Virus record (IMG/VR): IMGVR_UViG_3300005529_000024
Span: 32,001-96,000 of that record
From: a virus
Length of the DNA: 64,000 nt
Reading direction: 5' to 3' (one strand)
The notes beneath the pieces are model-generated. The model did no database searches, was not told where the DNA came from, and saw only the letters and a list, made by a program, of their open reading frames with translations. Of the stretch, positions 18,455 through 28,100 are shown in pieces. Both the position numbers and the translations under genes were made by a program. Position 1 is the stretch's first letter, and the number at the start of each line of letters is the position of its first letter.

Positions 18455-20330
18455 GTTTATAAGAAAAACAAAAGGTAAAGAAGAATACTGCGTATTCTCA
18501 CACCAGACTAACAAGAATTTCGGTTGTTACCCTTCCAAAGCAAAAGCAAATAAGCGATTAGGACAGATAAAAATGTTTTCAAAAATGAAAGAATCTATCG
18601 ATAAGCTATTTGCTGAAATGTCATCTGTGACTCCTAATTATGGTCCAGATGCATTAGAGCGAGGTGGTGATGATCAAAGACTATCACGACAAATGCTTCT
18701 CTTTATCGACGGCAAGCGTAAGAATGGTGCTGTCAAAGATGAGATTATCGATGATCTAAAAAACTTATATAGTCTTACTGGTGAGCAAGCTGAAAACTAT
18801 CTCAACATGTATCTGGATTGGAAAGCATCTAAGATGGAATCAAAACTTAACGAAGCTACTGACTATCCCTTTCTTAATCATATAAAAGATCCTATGCGGT
18901 TGCATAGTGATGGTGAAAGCGAGCTAATAAATCTCCCGCTTTTTTGTGTTGGCTCCCTTCAATTATATGGTGCAGAATCCGAGCCTTTGTTTGATATTCG
19001 CATAGATTCAAGAGCTAAGATTCAAGAATCTATGGAAAAATCTGATACTCTCACAGAGGAAATAGAAGAGGAGTTTGAAAGAGATTATATCAGTGGTTCT
19101 TGGTCAAACTGGATTAAAGGTTGGGTTACTCGCAAGGGTGGAGAAGTAGAACATTCTGGCAATACTTATAATGAAGACTCAGCACACTATTGGGGTGATA
19201 TATTCGAATATACAGCATTCAAGGATCTAGATGGTCATGATGGTGCTATTATCATGTGGCATCATGGCGGGGATGTTCGCGGTAATTATGGTCTTCCAGA
19301 AGTATGGTTTGGTGATTTTGAAGAATTTTTCTCAGCTCAATATTTTTCTGAGTCTAGTGAAGAAATAGCCTACATGCTTGGTTACGAGGGTGATTTTTCT
19401 AAATTAGAAGATGATATCAAGCGATGGAAGAATGACGAAGAGTATATTCCATCACAAAAAGATAAAGAGGATATGGGACAAGAAAGGCTTCCTGGCATGG
19501 AATCAAAACAAGAAGTAACAGATTTGAATGTTCGTGATCGTTACTCAGAGCTTGGACTAGCGGAACCTTATACCTTCGCATATGAGGCTGCTCCTAGCGA
19601 AACTGGTGTTACTGTTAAACATCGGCTTCGAAAAGGACCAATGGGTATCGTAAAGAATATCATTGGTAAGAGTGCTGTCGTAGCTTGGGATGACGGGACA
19701 AAAGGAACTTATCCACTATCTGTTCTTACTACCGAATCTAAGGTTGAAGACAAAAAGGTAGATGAGATTACCGGAACAGGAATGGTCGGCACTTATTCAA
19801 AACCTTTCGCATTCTCTTCTGCGGACATTGATGATCTTGCTAAAGAGATGAAGAAGAAAAAAGCTAAGAAAGAATCTGCTAACTACGATCAAGAGGGAAA
19901 TATGAATGGAGAGGATCGTAGCCGTGGTTCTGCATTCGCTTCTGGTCCTGGTTCTAATGTTGGCACGAGCGATGATCGTACTGCTTCTATCGATAAGATA
20001 TTCCAGTATGCTGCTCCTTATCTAGTCAAAGCTGAAAGCAAAGAAGATAAATCCATGCCTGAACTCATGAAGCTGTGGAAACGTCTTGCTGATGTTCCAG
20101 TGGATGATAATGGAAATATCCAGCATTCATTTTTGAGCTTTCCCTCTGGTACTCATAGGGAAGATATCTGGCACTGGTTTGAAGCTCAAAATCCTGAATT
20201 TTCTGTTGCTAAAGCTATGAAAATGTCTGAGAGCGTGATCGTAATTCCTCCTGCTACTGAGGGATCGGTTAGTAAAGAAGATATTGTAAAAGAGCTTGAG
20301 GATGTTGCTAGACAATTAAGGATTAAATAG
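18432..20330 (+). CDS. Large multi-module protein (putative processed head polyprotein)
   Basis: LLNE start; KMKESIDKLFAE; repeated MES/LNEA/TTES/VDE linkers between unrelated small domains. Confidence 0.6.
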   Translation: MDKKLLNEFIRKTKGKEEYCVFSHQTNKNFGCYPSKAKANKRLGQIKMFSKMKESIDKLFAEMSSVTPNYGPDALERGGDDQRLSRQMLLFIDGKRKNGAVKDEIIDDLKNLYSLTGEQAENYLNMYLDWKASKMESKLNEATDYPFLNHIKDPMRLHSDGESELINLPLFCVGSLQLYGAESEPLFDIRIDSRAKIQESMEKSDTLTEEIEEEFERDYISGSWSNWIKGWVTRKGGEVEHSGNTYNEDSAHYWGDIFEYTAFKDLDGHDGAIIMWHHGGDVRGNYGLPEVWFGDFEEFFSAQYFSESSEEIAYMLGYEGDFSKLEDDIKRWKNDEEYIPSQKDKEDMGQERLPGMESKQEVTDLNVRDRYSELGLAEPYTFAYEAAPSETGVTVKHRLRKGPMGIVKNIIGKSAVVAWDDGTKGTYPLSVLTTESKVEDKKVDEITGTGMVGTYSKPFAFSSADIDDLAKEMKKKKAKKESANYDQEGNMNGEDRSRGSAFASGPGSNVGTSDDRTASIDKIFQYAAPYLVKAESKEDKSMPELMKLWKRLADVPVDDNGNIQHSFLSFPSGTHREDIWHWFEAQNPEFSVAKAMKMSESVIVIPPATEGSVSKEDIVKELEDVARQLRIK

Positions 20331-20335
20331 TTCTT

Positions 20336-20602
20336 ATGAAGAATGCGTTACCTCCTCCTCGTAAAAAAGATGTATACACAGGCAAGATGCAGTTTATATA
20401 TCTTGGTCGAGATCAGGGTTATCGGGTAAAGACTAAAGAGTTATCGAGTGGTAAGTGGCGTCAATTATGGATTGAGCCAGAGAAGATAAAAGAAGTATTG
20501 ATCGATTCTAAAATTCCTAACTACGAATTCTGGCTAGATTATCTGTATAACTTTGGAAAAATAGTTGTTGATTTTGATCTTCATACAGTAACTAGGGTAT
20601 AG
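20336..20602 (+). CDS. Hypothetical protein
   Basis: ORF in operon. Confidence 0.5.
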   Translation: MKNALPPPRKKDVYTGKMQFIYLGRDQGYRVKTKELSSGKWRQLWIEPEKIKEVLIDSKIPNYEFWLDYLYNFGKIVVDFDLHTVTRV

Positions 20603-20618
20603 CATAAAGGTAAATCAC

Positions 20619-22052
20619 ATGTATCTAAAAGAAAATTTATTGGAAGTACTGCCATTCCATTATGAATTGGTGGAAGATAAAAGTACTTCAGGTAAGCCTA
20701 CTAAGAAGGTAGTGGGCACATTCCAAGTTGCTGAAGTGAAAAATGCGAATGGTCGTATCTATCCCAAGAAGTTATGGGAGAGAGTAATCAACGATCCTGG
20801 TGTTCAGCAAAAAATTAAGAACAGAGAGCTTTATGGTGAGTTGGATCATCCGGATGATGGTCAAACCAAACTAAAGAGAGTTTCGCATGTCATCACCGAA
20901 CTACGTATGGATGGAAATCAGATTATCGGTGTAGCTGAGATTCTTCCTACTCCTCACGGACAAATTTTGAGTGGCTTGTTTGATGCCAAGACAAGTCCCG
21001 GTATTTCATCTCGTGGTAAGGGGTCAGTACGTAACGAAGCAGCAGGCTCAGTAGTTTGCGATGATTATGATTTTATGACATTCGATTTTGTGTCCGGACC
21101 ATCGGCTCCCGGTGCATATCCTAAACCAATGAATGAAAATTCGAATAGTGGTATTTTTGGAGGTAATATAAAAATGAGTTTGGCAGATCTTAAAGTAATC
21201 AAAGAGAATGTAGAGTTATCTGTGAAATCTCTTGCTAGCTTACAGGGTCCGGATCGTGAACGTCTATTCTCTAAGCTTACTGAAGCTGAAGTTGAGATCA
21301 ATAAGATTGTTCAGACTGAACCTGCTCTAGCTGATTTCGGTCAAGAGATCAAGGATCTAATCAAGAAAGCTAAGACTGAGAATGTTAACGAAGTTTCAGA
21401 CAAGGAAAAGCTTGCTGCTGCTATCGTGATTATCGAAAAAGCGAAAGAGAATCTTAAGAGTCTACAAGAGAGCTACGCTAAGGACATCGAAGCTTCTCAG
21501 AAGATTGTCAAGGAACTTGTAGAAAAACTCGCTTCTCTTCAAGAAGAAGCTAAGAAAAATAAATTCGAAGAGAAATATGAAACCGTTTGTGAGCTTGGTG
21601 ATGAGCTTGCTAAACGTGCAGATAAGTTTCGGCGTAAATATGAAGCTGCTTGCAAAATTGGCGATGAGCTTCTAGAACGCGCAAAGGATTACTCCATTAA
21701 ATATGAAGCTGCTTGCAAGATCGGTGAAACTCTCTTAGATGAACGCAACAAATTACAGGAAGAGAAAGACGCGCATCTGACCCTCATTAATGAGATGGTC
21801 AAGAAGTCGAAAGCTGGTAAGAAAGCAGAACCTAAGAAAGAAGAAAAGAAGGAAGAAAAGAAAGAGAGCATTCAGGATAGGAAAGATGCTCAACAGAAGA
21901 ATCTCACAGAGAAAGCTGCTCTTCCTGGAGACGCTAAAGCAAAGTTAGATGAATCAAAGGGTAAAAAGGCTGCGGATAAACCTGCTGCTAAGGCCCCAAA
22001 AGTATCTGCTCCTTCGTTTTTCAAGAAAGCGATGGGTAGAGTCGGTAAATAA
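20619..22052 (+). CDS. Prohead protease (T4 gp21-like) fused to coiled-coil scaffolding protein
   Basis: NANGRIYP, GELDHP, GISSRGKGS, FDFVSGPS..GA; long K/E coiled coil C-terminus. Confidence 0.93.
   Translation: MYLKENLLEVLPFHYELVEDKSTSGKPTKKVVGTFQVAEVKNANGRIYPKKLWERVINDPGVQQKIKNRELYGELDHPDDGQTKLKRVSHVITELRMDGNQIIGVAEILPTPHGQILSGLFDAKTSPGISSRGKGSVRNEAAGSVVCDDYDFMTFDFVSGPSAPGAYPKPMNENSNSGIFGGNIKMSLADLKVIKENVELSVKSLASLQGPDRERLFSKLTEAEVEINKIVQTEPALADFGQEIKDLIKKAKTENVNEVSDKEKLAAAIVIIEKAKENLKSLQESYAKDIEASQKIVKELVEKLASLQEEAKKNKFEEKYETVCELGDELAKRADKFRRKYEAACKIGDELLERAKDYSIKYEAACKIGETLLDERNKLQEEKDAHLTLINEMVKKSKAGKKAEPKKEEKKEEKKESIQDRKDAQQKNLTEKAALPGDAKAKLDESKGKKAADKPAAKAPKVSAPSFFKKAMGRVGK
21174..22052 (+). 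CDS. Probable nested in-frame scaffolding protein
   Basis: GGAGG at 21159-21163, 10 nt before the in-frame ATG at the domain boundary. Confidence 0.6.
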   Translation: MSLADLKVIKENVELSVKSLASLQGPDRERLFSKLTEAEVEINKIVQTEPALADFGQEIKDLIKKAKTENVNEVSDKEKLAAAIVIIEKAKENLKSLQESYAKDIEASQKIVKELVEKLASLQEEAKKNKFEEKYETVCELGDELAKRADKFRRKYEAACKIGDELLERAKDYSIKYEAACKIGETLLDERNKLQEEKDAHLTLINEMVKKSKAGKKAEPKKEEKKEEKKESIQDRKDAQQKNLTEKAALPGDAKAKLDESKGKKAADKPAAKAPKVSAPSFFKKAMGRVGK

Positions 22053-22140
22053 CGTTAGATTATTTCCCAAATATTAAAATAGTTTTTTCAAATAGGTAGG
22101 AATCTAGTCCTACTTTTCTCAAACTGGAGGTTATAAATAA

Positions 22141-23517
22141 ATGTCAGGTAAATTTCTAAATGAAGAATTAGAGAACCATGCTACTCGGCTTCTCGAAGAA
22201 AAGTGGGGAGAGTATCTTGATGGTATCGATAGTGATGTAAAGAAAGCATTCACCGCTATTCTTTTGGAGAACACTGATAAAGCTCTAAAGAGAATGGATG
22301 AAAGCACTCGTACAGTTAACGTTGGTACTTTCACAAAATATATTTTCCCTGTTGTTCGTGCAGTTGTACCCAATCTTATCGCACAGGATATCGTTAGTGT
22401 TCAGCCTATGACTGGACCTACTTCTCAGATCTTCTATTTCGATATTCTCTACGGGACTTCAAAGGGTCAAGTCTCTGCTGGACAGAAACTATTTGATGCT
22501 CAGTCCGGTCCATCCATGATCGGTAATACATACTCTTCAGAGCGTGTTGATACCGAAACGGATGTTCCCTCTCCAGCATTTGATGGTGTCGCCACTGGTC
22601 CATTCACCTTCACGCTTTCGTTCCGTCCTGTTGTTCCTCGCACTATCGTTATCACTGTCGGTAGCGTTGTTGGTCAGGATGATGGTAATGGTCATATCGT
22701 CGGGACTGGTATCTCAGCAGGTACTATTAACTACAGCACTGGACTTGTTTCTCTCACATTCACTTCTGCTCCATCTGCTCCTACAACTGTTCTTGCTTCT
22801 TATACTTATGCAGTTGAATCGGTTGATGTTCCAGAACTCGATATTCTCTTAAGTTCTCTACCAGTTACTGCTCAGAAGCGTAGACTTCGTGCTCGTTGGT
22901 CACTCGAAGCTGCACAGGACCTTATGGCCTTGTTCGGAATCGATGCTGACGTAGAAGTAACCGCTGCAATGGCAGAAGCAATCAAAGCTGAAATTGATCG
23001 GGAAGTTATTGCTGATCTTTTTGCAATTGCTCCTTCTGGTGCCGGAACAATTCCTACTTTCCACACTACTCCTGGATCTGGAATTTCTTATACTGAGTGG
23101 AAACTTCAGTTCATCGATAGTCTCGTTTACGGAAGCAACGCAATCTTCAAGGCAACCAAACGTGCTGTCGGTAACTTCGTCATCGCCGGTGTTGATGTTT
23201 CTAGCATCATCGAAACACTCCCTGGTTTCGTACCAGTTCCTGGTGCTCTTAATCAGGTCGGTGTTGTTAAAATCGGAACTTTGAATGCTCGTTGGGATAT
23301 CTTCAAAGATCCATATATCACCAGCACGAACTATCTCGTTGGTCACAAGGGTTCAACCTTCCTTGATACTGGATATGTTTATGCTCCGTATATTCCACTT
23401 TACACTACGCCTACTGTAGTCTTGGATGATTTCCTTGGCCGCAAGGGTGTAGGAACGCAATATGCCAAGAAAATCGTGAACTCTCGATTCTATGCTTCTG
23501 GAAATATTGCTCCTTAA
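22141..23517 (+). CDS. Major capsid protein (T4 gp23-like)
   Basis: PNLIAQDIVSVQPMTGPT, VTAQKRRLRARWSLEAAQDL, AEIDREVI, GYVYAPYIPL. Confidence 0.96.
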   Translation: MSGKFLNEELENHATRLLEEKWGEYLDGIDSDVKKAFTAILLENTDKALKRMDESTRTVNVGTFTKYIFPVVRAVVPNLIAQDIVSVQPMTGPTSQIFYFDILYGTSKGQVSAGQKLFDAQSGPSMIGNTYSSERVDTETDVPSPAFDGVATGPFTFTLSFRPVVPRTIVITVGSVVGQDDGNGHIVGTGISAGTINYSTGLVSLTFTSAPSAPTTVLASYTYAVESVDVPELDILLSSLPVTAQKRRLRARWSLEAAQDLMALFGIDADVEVTAAMAEAIKAEIDREVIADLFAIAPSGAGTIPTFHTTPGSGISYTEWKLQFIDSLVYGSNAIFKATKRAVGNFVIAGVDVSSIIETLPGFVPVPGALNQVGVVKIGTLNARWDIFKDPYITSTNYLVGHKGSTFLDTGYVYAPYIPLYTTPTVVLDDFLGRKGVGTQYAKKIVNSRFYASGNIAP

Positions 23518-23533
23518 TTGCAGTTAGAATGTT

Positions 23534-23568
23534 TGAGGGGGAGATTTTTCTCCCCCTCATTATTCTTT
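23534..23568 (+). terminator. Rho-independent terminator after the major capsid gene
   Basis: TGAGGGGGAGA-TTTT-TCTCCCCCTCA followed by T-rich tail. Confidence 0.8.
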
Positions 23569-23600
23569 AAATGGATGTAATTTTTTAAAGGTAATCGTAA

Positions 23601-24206
23601 GTGATTAAAAAACTTTTGCTTATATTATTGATAGTATTTTCATTACACTCAAATGCCGATGCTATGAACAATATTGGCAAGGCTTATAAAGCAGTAGTAA
23701 ATGTGCGTGGTGCAGGAGTAACAGGTTCTGCTGTTGGTATATCACATAAAGGTAAGCAGACATGTTACCTTTCTGCTGCTCATGTATTTTTTCAAAAAGG
23801 AACTATGTCTGTAGGTAAACAGATCATAGATTCTATCGTTCTTAGTACTAAAGATGATATCGCTTTCTTCTGTATAGATGGCATATACGATATAGTAAAA
23901 ATATCAGATAACCCTCCTGAAGTTGGTGATACAGTATTCGCTGTTGGATTTGGTAATAGTCCTTCTGCTCCATATATCAGCCAAGGTGTTTATTCTCATA
24001 TTGATACTCGGAATTATGTAACTCCAGCTTATGCTACTACTGCATCTATATTCTTTGGAAATTCAGGTGGTGCTCTTCTTAATGAGAAGGGTGAACTTAT
24101 CGGTATAACTGTAGCTGTAGATATGCGCGAAGGAAATCCAATATATTTTCATTCTCTCCATCTGTTGCTTTCTACGATAAAAATTTTCTTGAAGGGTTTG
24201 ATGTAA
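23601..24206 (+). CDS. Secreted trypsin-like (S1) serine protease
   Basis: Signal peptide; SAAHV, DIA, GNSGG catalytic triad motifs. Confidence 0.88.
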   Translation: MIKKLLLILLIVFSLHSNADAMNNIGKAYKAVVNVRGAGVTGSAVGISHKGKQTCYLSAAHVFFQKGTMSVGKQIIDSIVLSTKDDIAFFCIDGIYDIVKISDNPPEVGDTVFAVGFGNSPSAPYISQGVYSHIDTRNYVTPAYATTASIFFGNSGGALLNEKGELIGITVAVDMREGNPIYFHSLHLLLSTIKIFLKGLM

Positions 24207-24207
24207 A

Positions 24208-24936
24208 ATGGCTTTGACTGATCAAGAGGTACGAAACTTTGTATTCCAGAGTCTTGGTGATGGTCTTATCAACGTAGAGTTAGATGAGCCTAAATTCCAA
24301 GTGTGTCTTCAATTAGCCTTAGACACATGGAATACTTATAAACCTCGTATTCTCTATAAGTCAATCAACGTGAGCGATGGAGCAAGCGGATATGCTTTGG
24401 ATCAGCAAGGAATTCCAAAAGGATCAATTCGTGGAGTTCTATATGCTAATCCTGATTGGACTGCTCCACAATTAAAACAGATTGAATTTAACTACCCCTT
24501 TTATCAGAGACTTATTACTATCACGAACGTATCAGAATGGTCTGTCTTAGAGTCCTGGTTAGAGTCTGCTAATCGTGCATTGAGTTCTACTTTTGACTGG
24601 CGTTATTGGAGAGAGACTAATACTCTTTATGTCGCCAATCTTCCATCGACTATCACGAGAGTTTCGTTGACAATGACACGTGATAACGCATTGACTGATA
24701 TCGAGAGTTTTGATTCTGGGAAATTTAAAAAGCTTGTTCTCGGTGAGATGATGCGAATTCTGTCTAGGGTTCGGCGTAAGTTTCCTATTCCAGGACCAAG
24801 CGGTACGATTACTCTTGATGGCGCTGAGTTGAGAGAAGAAGGTGACGCATACGTTAAGGAAGTAACAGATACCCTCATGAATTCTGGCTATGGTTGGGCC
24901 ATTCCAGCAGAATGGGATGGATCATCTGCTTTCTAA
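24208..24936 (+). CDS. Neck/head-tail adaptor (T4 gp13-like)
   Basis: LG...INVEL; R.KF.IPGP.G.ITLDG..L..EG. Confidence 0.75.
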   Translation: MALTDQEVRNFVFQSLGDGLINVELDEPKFQVCLQLALDTWNTYKPRILYKSINVSDGASGYALDQQGIPKGSIRGVLYANPDWTAPQLKQIEFNYPFYQRLITITNVSEWSVLESWLESANRALSSTFDWRYWRETNTLYVANLPSTITRVSLTMTRDNALTDIESFDSGKFKKLVLGEMMRILSRVRRKFPIPGPSGTITLDGAELREEGDAYVKEVTDTLMNSGYGWAIPAEWDGSSAF

Positions 24937-24949
24937 GAAAGGTTTAATC

Positions 24950-25273
24950 GTGAGTAAGGAAATATTAACCGAGATCGAAGCTTTAGCATTAGAGCTTAGA
25001 AAATCGAAACAAAACTTAAACGAACATGCAGATGTTCAGCATGCTTACTTTTGGTTTCAGAGGAATGGTTATTCTCCGTATCCATCTATTCTCGATATCG
25101 TGTCTTTGGATTCAAATAAGTTCGCTATTGATAAAGACCATGATGATATGGCGAAGATCAATGAGAGAATTAAATCTGCTAGCGAATATATCGATAAGAT
25201 TTACAGTTTTGTGACAGCAAAATCTGGTTTAGATCAGGACCTTGATGCTATACGAGACAAAAATAACAAGTAA
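24950..25273 (+). CDS. Hypothetical protein
   Basis: GTG start after AAAGG; part of 24890..25273 ORF. Confidence 0.45.
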   Translation: MSKEILTEIEALALELRKSKQNLNEHADVQHAYFWFQRNGYSPYPSILDIVSLDSNKFAIDKDHDDMAKINERIKSASEYIDKIYSFVTAKSGLDQDLDAIRDKNNK

Positions 25274-25715
25274 TTCTGCTGATAGTGTAAGTGCTGCCTC
25301 TATTGATACTTTATTCCAGAATCTATCTAATGAGCTTGGAAAAAAGATTATCAATATCATAAGAGATGAGGTATTAGATCGATTTGATAAATCTATTTCT
25401 AACATTCCCATTGCGGATACTCAATCTGAATTTTTTCAGAAGCTATTAAGTTCTAGATATAAGTATAGATCCCGTATCTTAGTTGGGGAAGATGATCAGG
25501 GTTATTATGTTGGTGTGGAAGATGGTTTAGATGAAGAAACAGGTATGACGTATTCGAACATTCAACGAGCTTTCGAGTATGGCACTTCACAGTCTCCTCC
25601 TTGCCCACATATGTTGCTTCTCCCACAAGATATAGCAAGAATAACAGAAAAAGTCCAAGAAGATGTCATGGAGGACTTTTCAGAAGAATTAGGAAAACTG
25701 CTTATAAAGAAGTAA
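25242..25715 (+). CDS. Neck/tail-completion protein (HK97 gp10-like)
   Basis: FEYGTSQSPPCPH motif; position. Confidence 0.45.
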   Translation: MMLYETKITSNSADSVSAASIDTLFQNLSNELGKKIINIIRDEVLDRFDKSISNIPIADTQSEFFQKLLSSRYKYRSRILVGEDDQGYYVGVEDGLDEETGMTYSNIQRAFEYGTSQSPPCPHMLLLPQDIARITEKVQEDVMEDFSEELGKLLIKK

Positions 25716-25724
25716 TGAGGGGTT

Positions 25725-26513
25725 ATGTTACGGGATGCTAATATTGCCATAATGAATTTTCTTAGGGGACTAACCTATGGTGATAAACAGTTACCTCTAA
25801 ACGTTGTATATGCTAGTCCTGAGCGAGCTTTTAGTTCAATGGCTCAAGTGCTCAAGAAGGATGTTAAGCTTGTTCCTCTACCAATTTTATCTTTCTACCG
25901 TGATCGTGATCCGATTATAAATCGTGATATTTTTACTTGGAACCGTGGCGAGAAAGATGAAGTATTAGTGAATGGTGGTAAAGCTGTTAGCATTTTACCC
26001 CGTCCGTTAGCTTACATTCTTAATTATAGAATCGATATTTGGTCTTGGTACACAGATGAGATTGAAGACCTTATCACTTTGATCATAGGTCAGTTTAATC
26101 TAGACTTATACTTGCAGCAGCATTCAGAAGTCGGAACTATCTATTTGCGTTTAGAGTTGGGTGATATCACAGATAACTCTCAGATAGAATCCGGACAAGA
26201 TCCGAGAATGCTTAGAAAAACGATTTCCGTTTCGGCTAATACATTCTTAGTCAGACCTCCATCCACTGTTCCTACTGTTCTCGATTTCAGGATTGAGATT
26301 GATGATCTGCACTCAGGGGATGTGTACGAGACTATCGGTGATTTTCTTGGTGCGGTTAGTATACCCACGTATGAATTTACAACAGTTTTAAAGAATAGCT
26401 CAGTTGCTGATTATGAAAACATATTATTTGTTTCCTCGCTTAAACAAACTGCTAGCGAGTCAACAAGGCATGTACTTCAACAGTCAACGTTTAATAGCGA
26501 GTTTCACCAGTAA
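25725..26513 (+). CDS. Tail terminator/sheath stabiliser (T4 gp15-like)
   Basis: YASPERAF, LPILSF, P..Y.L.Y.IDIW; directly upstream of sheath. Confidence 0.65.
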   Translation: MLRDANIAIMNFLRGLTYGDKQLPLNVVYASPERAFSSMAQVLKKDVKLVPLPILSFYRDRDPIINRDIFTWNRGEKDEVLVNGGKAVSILPRPLAYILNYRIDIWSWYTDEIEDLITLIIGQFNLDLYLQQHSEVGTIYLRLELGDITDNSQIESGQDPRMLRKTISVSANTFLVRPPSTVPTVLDFRIEIDDLHSGDVYETIGDFLGAVSIPTYEFTTVLKNSSVADYENILFVSSLKQTASESTRHVLQQSTFNSEFHQ

Positions 26514-26549
26514 TTAATTCAAAGTTAATTTAAAGTAAGGAGAAATTTC

Positions 26550-28100
26550 ATGTCAGTTTTCTTAAGTCCAGGAGTTTATACTCGTGAGGTTGATCTCAGT
26601 CTATTCGCTCCAGCACTGTCAAGTACTATCTTGGGTCTTGTTGGCGTCTTCACAAGTGGACCTATAAATACACCTACATTTATCTCTGATCTTGATGGTT
26701 TTATCAATACCTTCGGAAAGCCAAAAGCCGGTACATTTGGTGCTCTCGCTGCAATCCAATATCTTCGCTATGGTCGTCAGCTTCAGGTTGTTCGTGTTGG
26801 TGCTTCGTCTTCTCTTGCCTTCGCTACAGTAAACATCAATGATGTGAATCCTATCCCTGCTCCTCGTATTACAGTGAATGGATTGTACAAGGGATCATCT
26901 TATAATGGCTGGCAAGCGATTATCTCCAATGCTTCTGGTTCAACATTTACCCTTGCTGTTGTTGATCCCTCTGGCATTCAGAGAGAAATCTATAACGGCC
27001 TAACAATTGTATCATCTGATCCGAATTATTTTGTTACACGGATTAACAACATCAGCAGCTATATCACTGTCGCTGATCTGAACTCATCTGGTACATATTT
27101 GCCTGCCACTGGTACATTTACTCTTATCAATGGTAATGATGGAGTAACTGGACTCGTTGCTTCAGATATAACTGGTACTGCTGGATCTGGTAATGGACTT
27201 GATGCATTCTCAAATCAGGAAACTATCAGCATAAATATGCTAGCTGCTCCTGATTATACTCTTCTTGCTGCTTCTCAATGGCAAGGTGTTATTAACGATA
27301 TGCTCTCACTCTGTAGTGGTAGAGGAGACGCTATCGCTATTATCGATCCTCCTCCTGGAGCAACAGCACAGCAAGTTGTATCTTGGCATAATGGTATCGG
27401 CGTTACAATCGGCACGAATGTTTTCCCATCTGGTGCTTCATTCAATTCCAGTTATGGTGCTTTGTATTGGCCTTGGGTTGAGATCTTCGATCCATTTAAC
27501 AACGTCAACGTATTTGTTCCTCCTTCAGGGTTTGTTGCAGCTACTTATGCAAACAATGACTTTCTTGCTGATCCTTGGTTTGCTCCTGCTGGAACGAATC
27601 GTGGGCATCTTATCGAGGCACTTGCAATTGAGAGATCCCCATCGCAAGGAGATCGTGACTTTATTTACAGTGGTGGCAATGCTGTAAACCCTATTGTGAA
27701 CTTCATTCCTGAAGGTATCACTATCTATGGTCAGCGTACATTGCAGCGTACTCCTACTGCTCTTGATAGGGTGAACGTTCGGCGTATGTTGCTTTACGCA
27801 CGGAAACTTATTGCTATCGTAGCTCGTAGTATCGTATTTGAACCAAATGATCCTAAGATGTGGAGATCGTTCACACGGCTTGCTAACAATATCCTGGATG
27901 GAATTAAAGCAGCACGTGGTATCACAGACTTCAAAGTAATCATGGACGCTACCACGAACACTCCGGACTTAATCTCTCAGAATATTGCTAAGGCTAAGCT
28001 TTTGATTATCCCTACGCAAGCTGCTGAAATTATCGAGGTTGATTTTACGGTCTTGGCTGCTGGTACAAACTTCGAAGAGATCGTTGGATCAAACGGTTAA
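26550..28100 (+). CDS. Tail sheath protein
   Basis: FLSPGVYTREVD, YWPW, PWFAPAG.NRG, GQRTL..ALDRVNVRR, FEPND. Confidence 0.96.
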   Translation: MSVFLSPGVYTREVDLSLFAPALSSTILGLVGVFTSGPINTPTFISDLDGFINTFGKPKAGTFGALAAIQYLRYGRQLQVVRVGASSSLAFATVNINDVNPIPAPRITVNGLYKGSSYNGWQAIISNASGSTFTLAVVDPSGIQREIYNGLTIVSSDPNYFVTRINNISSYITVADLNSSGTYLPATGTFTLINGNDGVTGLVASDITGTAGSGNGLDAFSNQETISINMLAAPDYTLLAASQWQGVINDMLSLCSGRGDAIAIIDPPPGATAQQVVSWHNGIGVTIGTNVFPSGASFNSSYGALYWPWVEIFDPFNNVNVFVPPSGFVAATYANNDFLADPWFAPAGTNRGHLIEALAIERSPSQGDRDFIYSGGNAVNPIVNFIPEGITIYGQRTLQRTPTALDRVNVRRMLLYARKLIAIVARSIVFEPNDPKMWRSFTRLANNILDGIKAARGITDFKVIMDATTNTPDLISQNIAKAKLLIIPTQAAEIIEVDFTVLAAGTNFEEIVGSNG

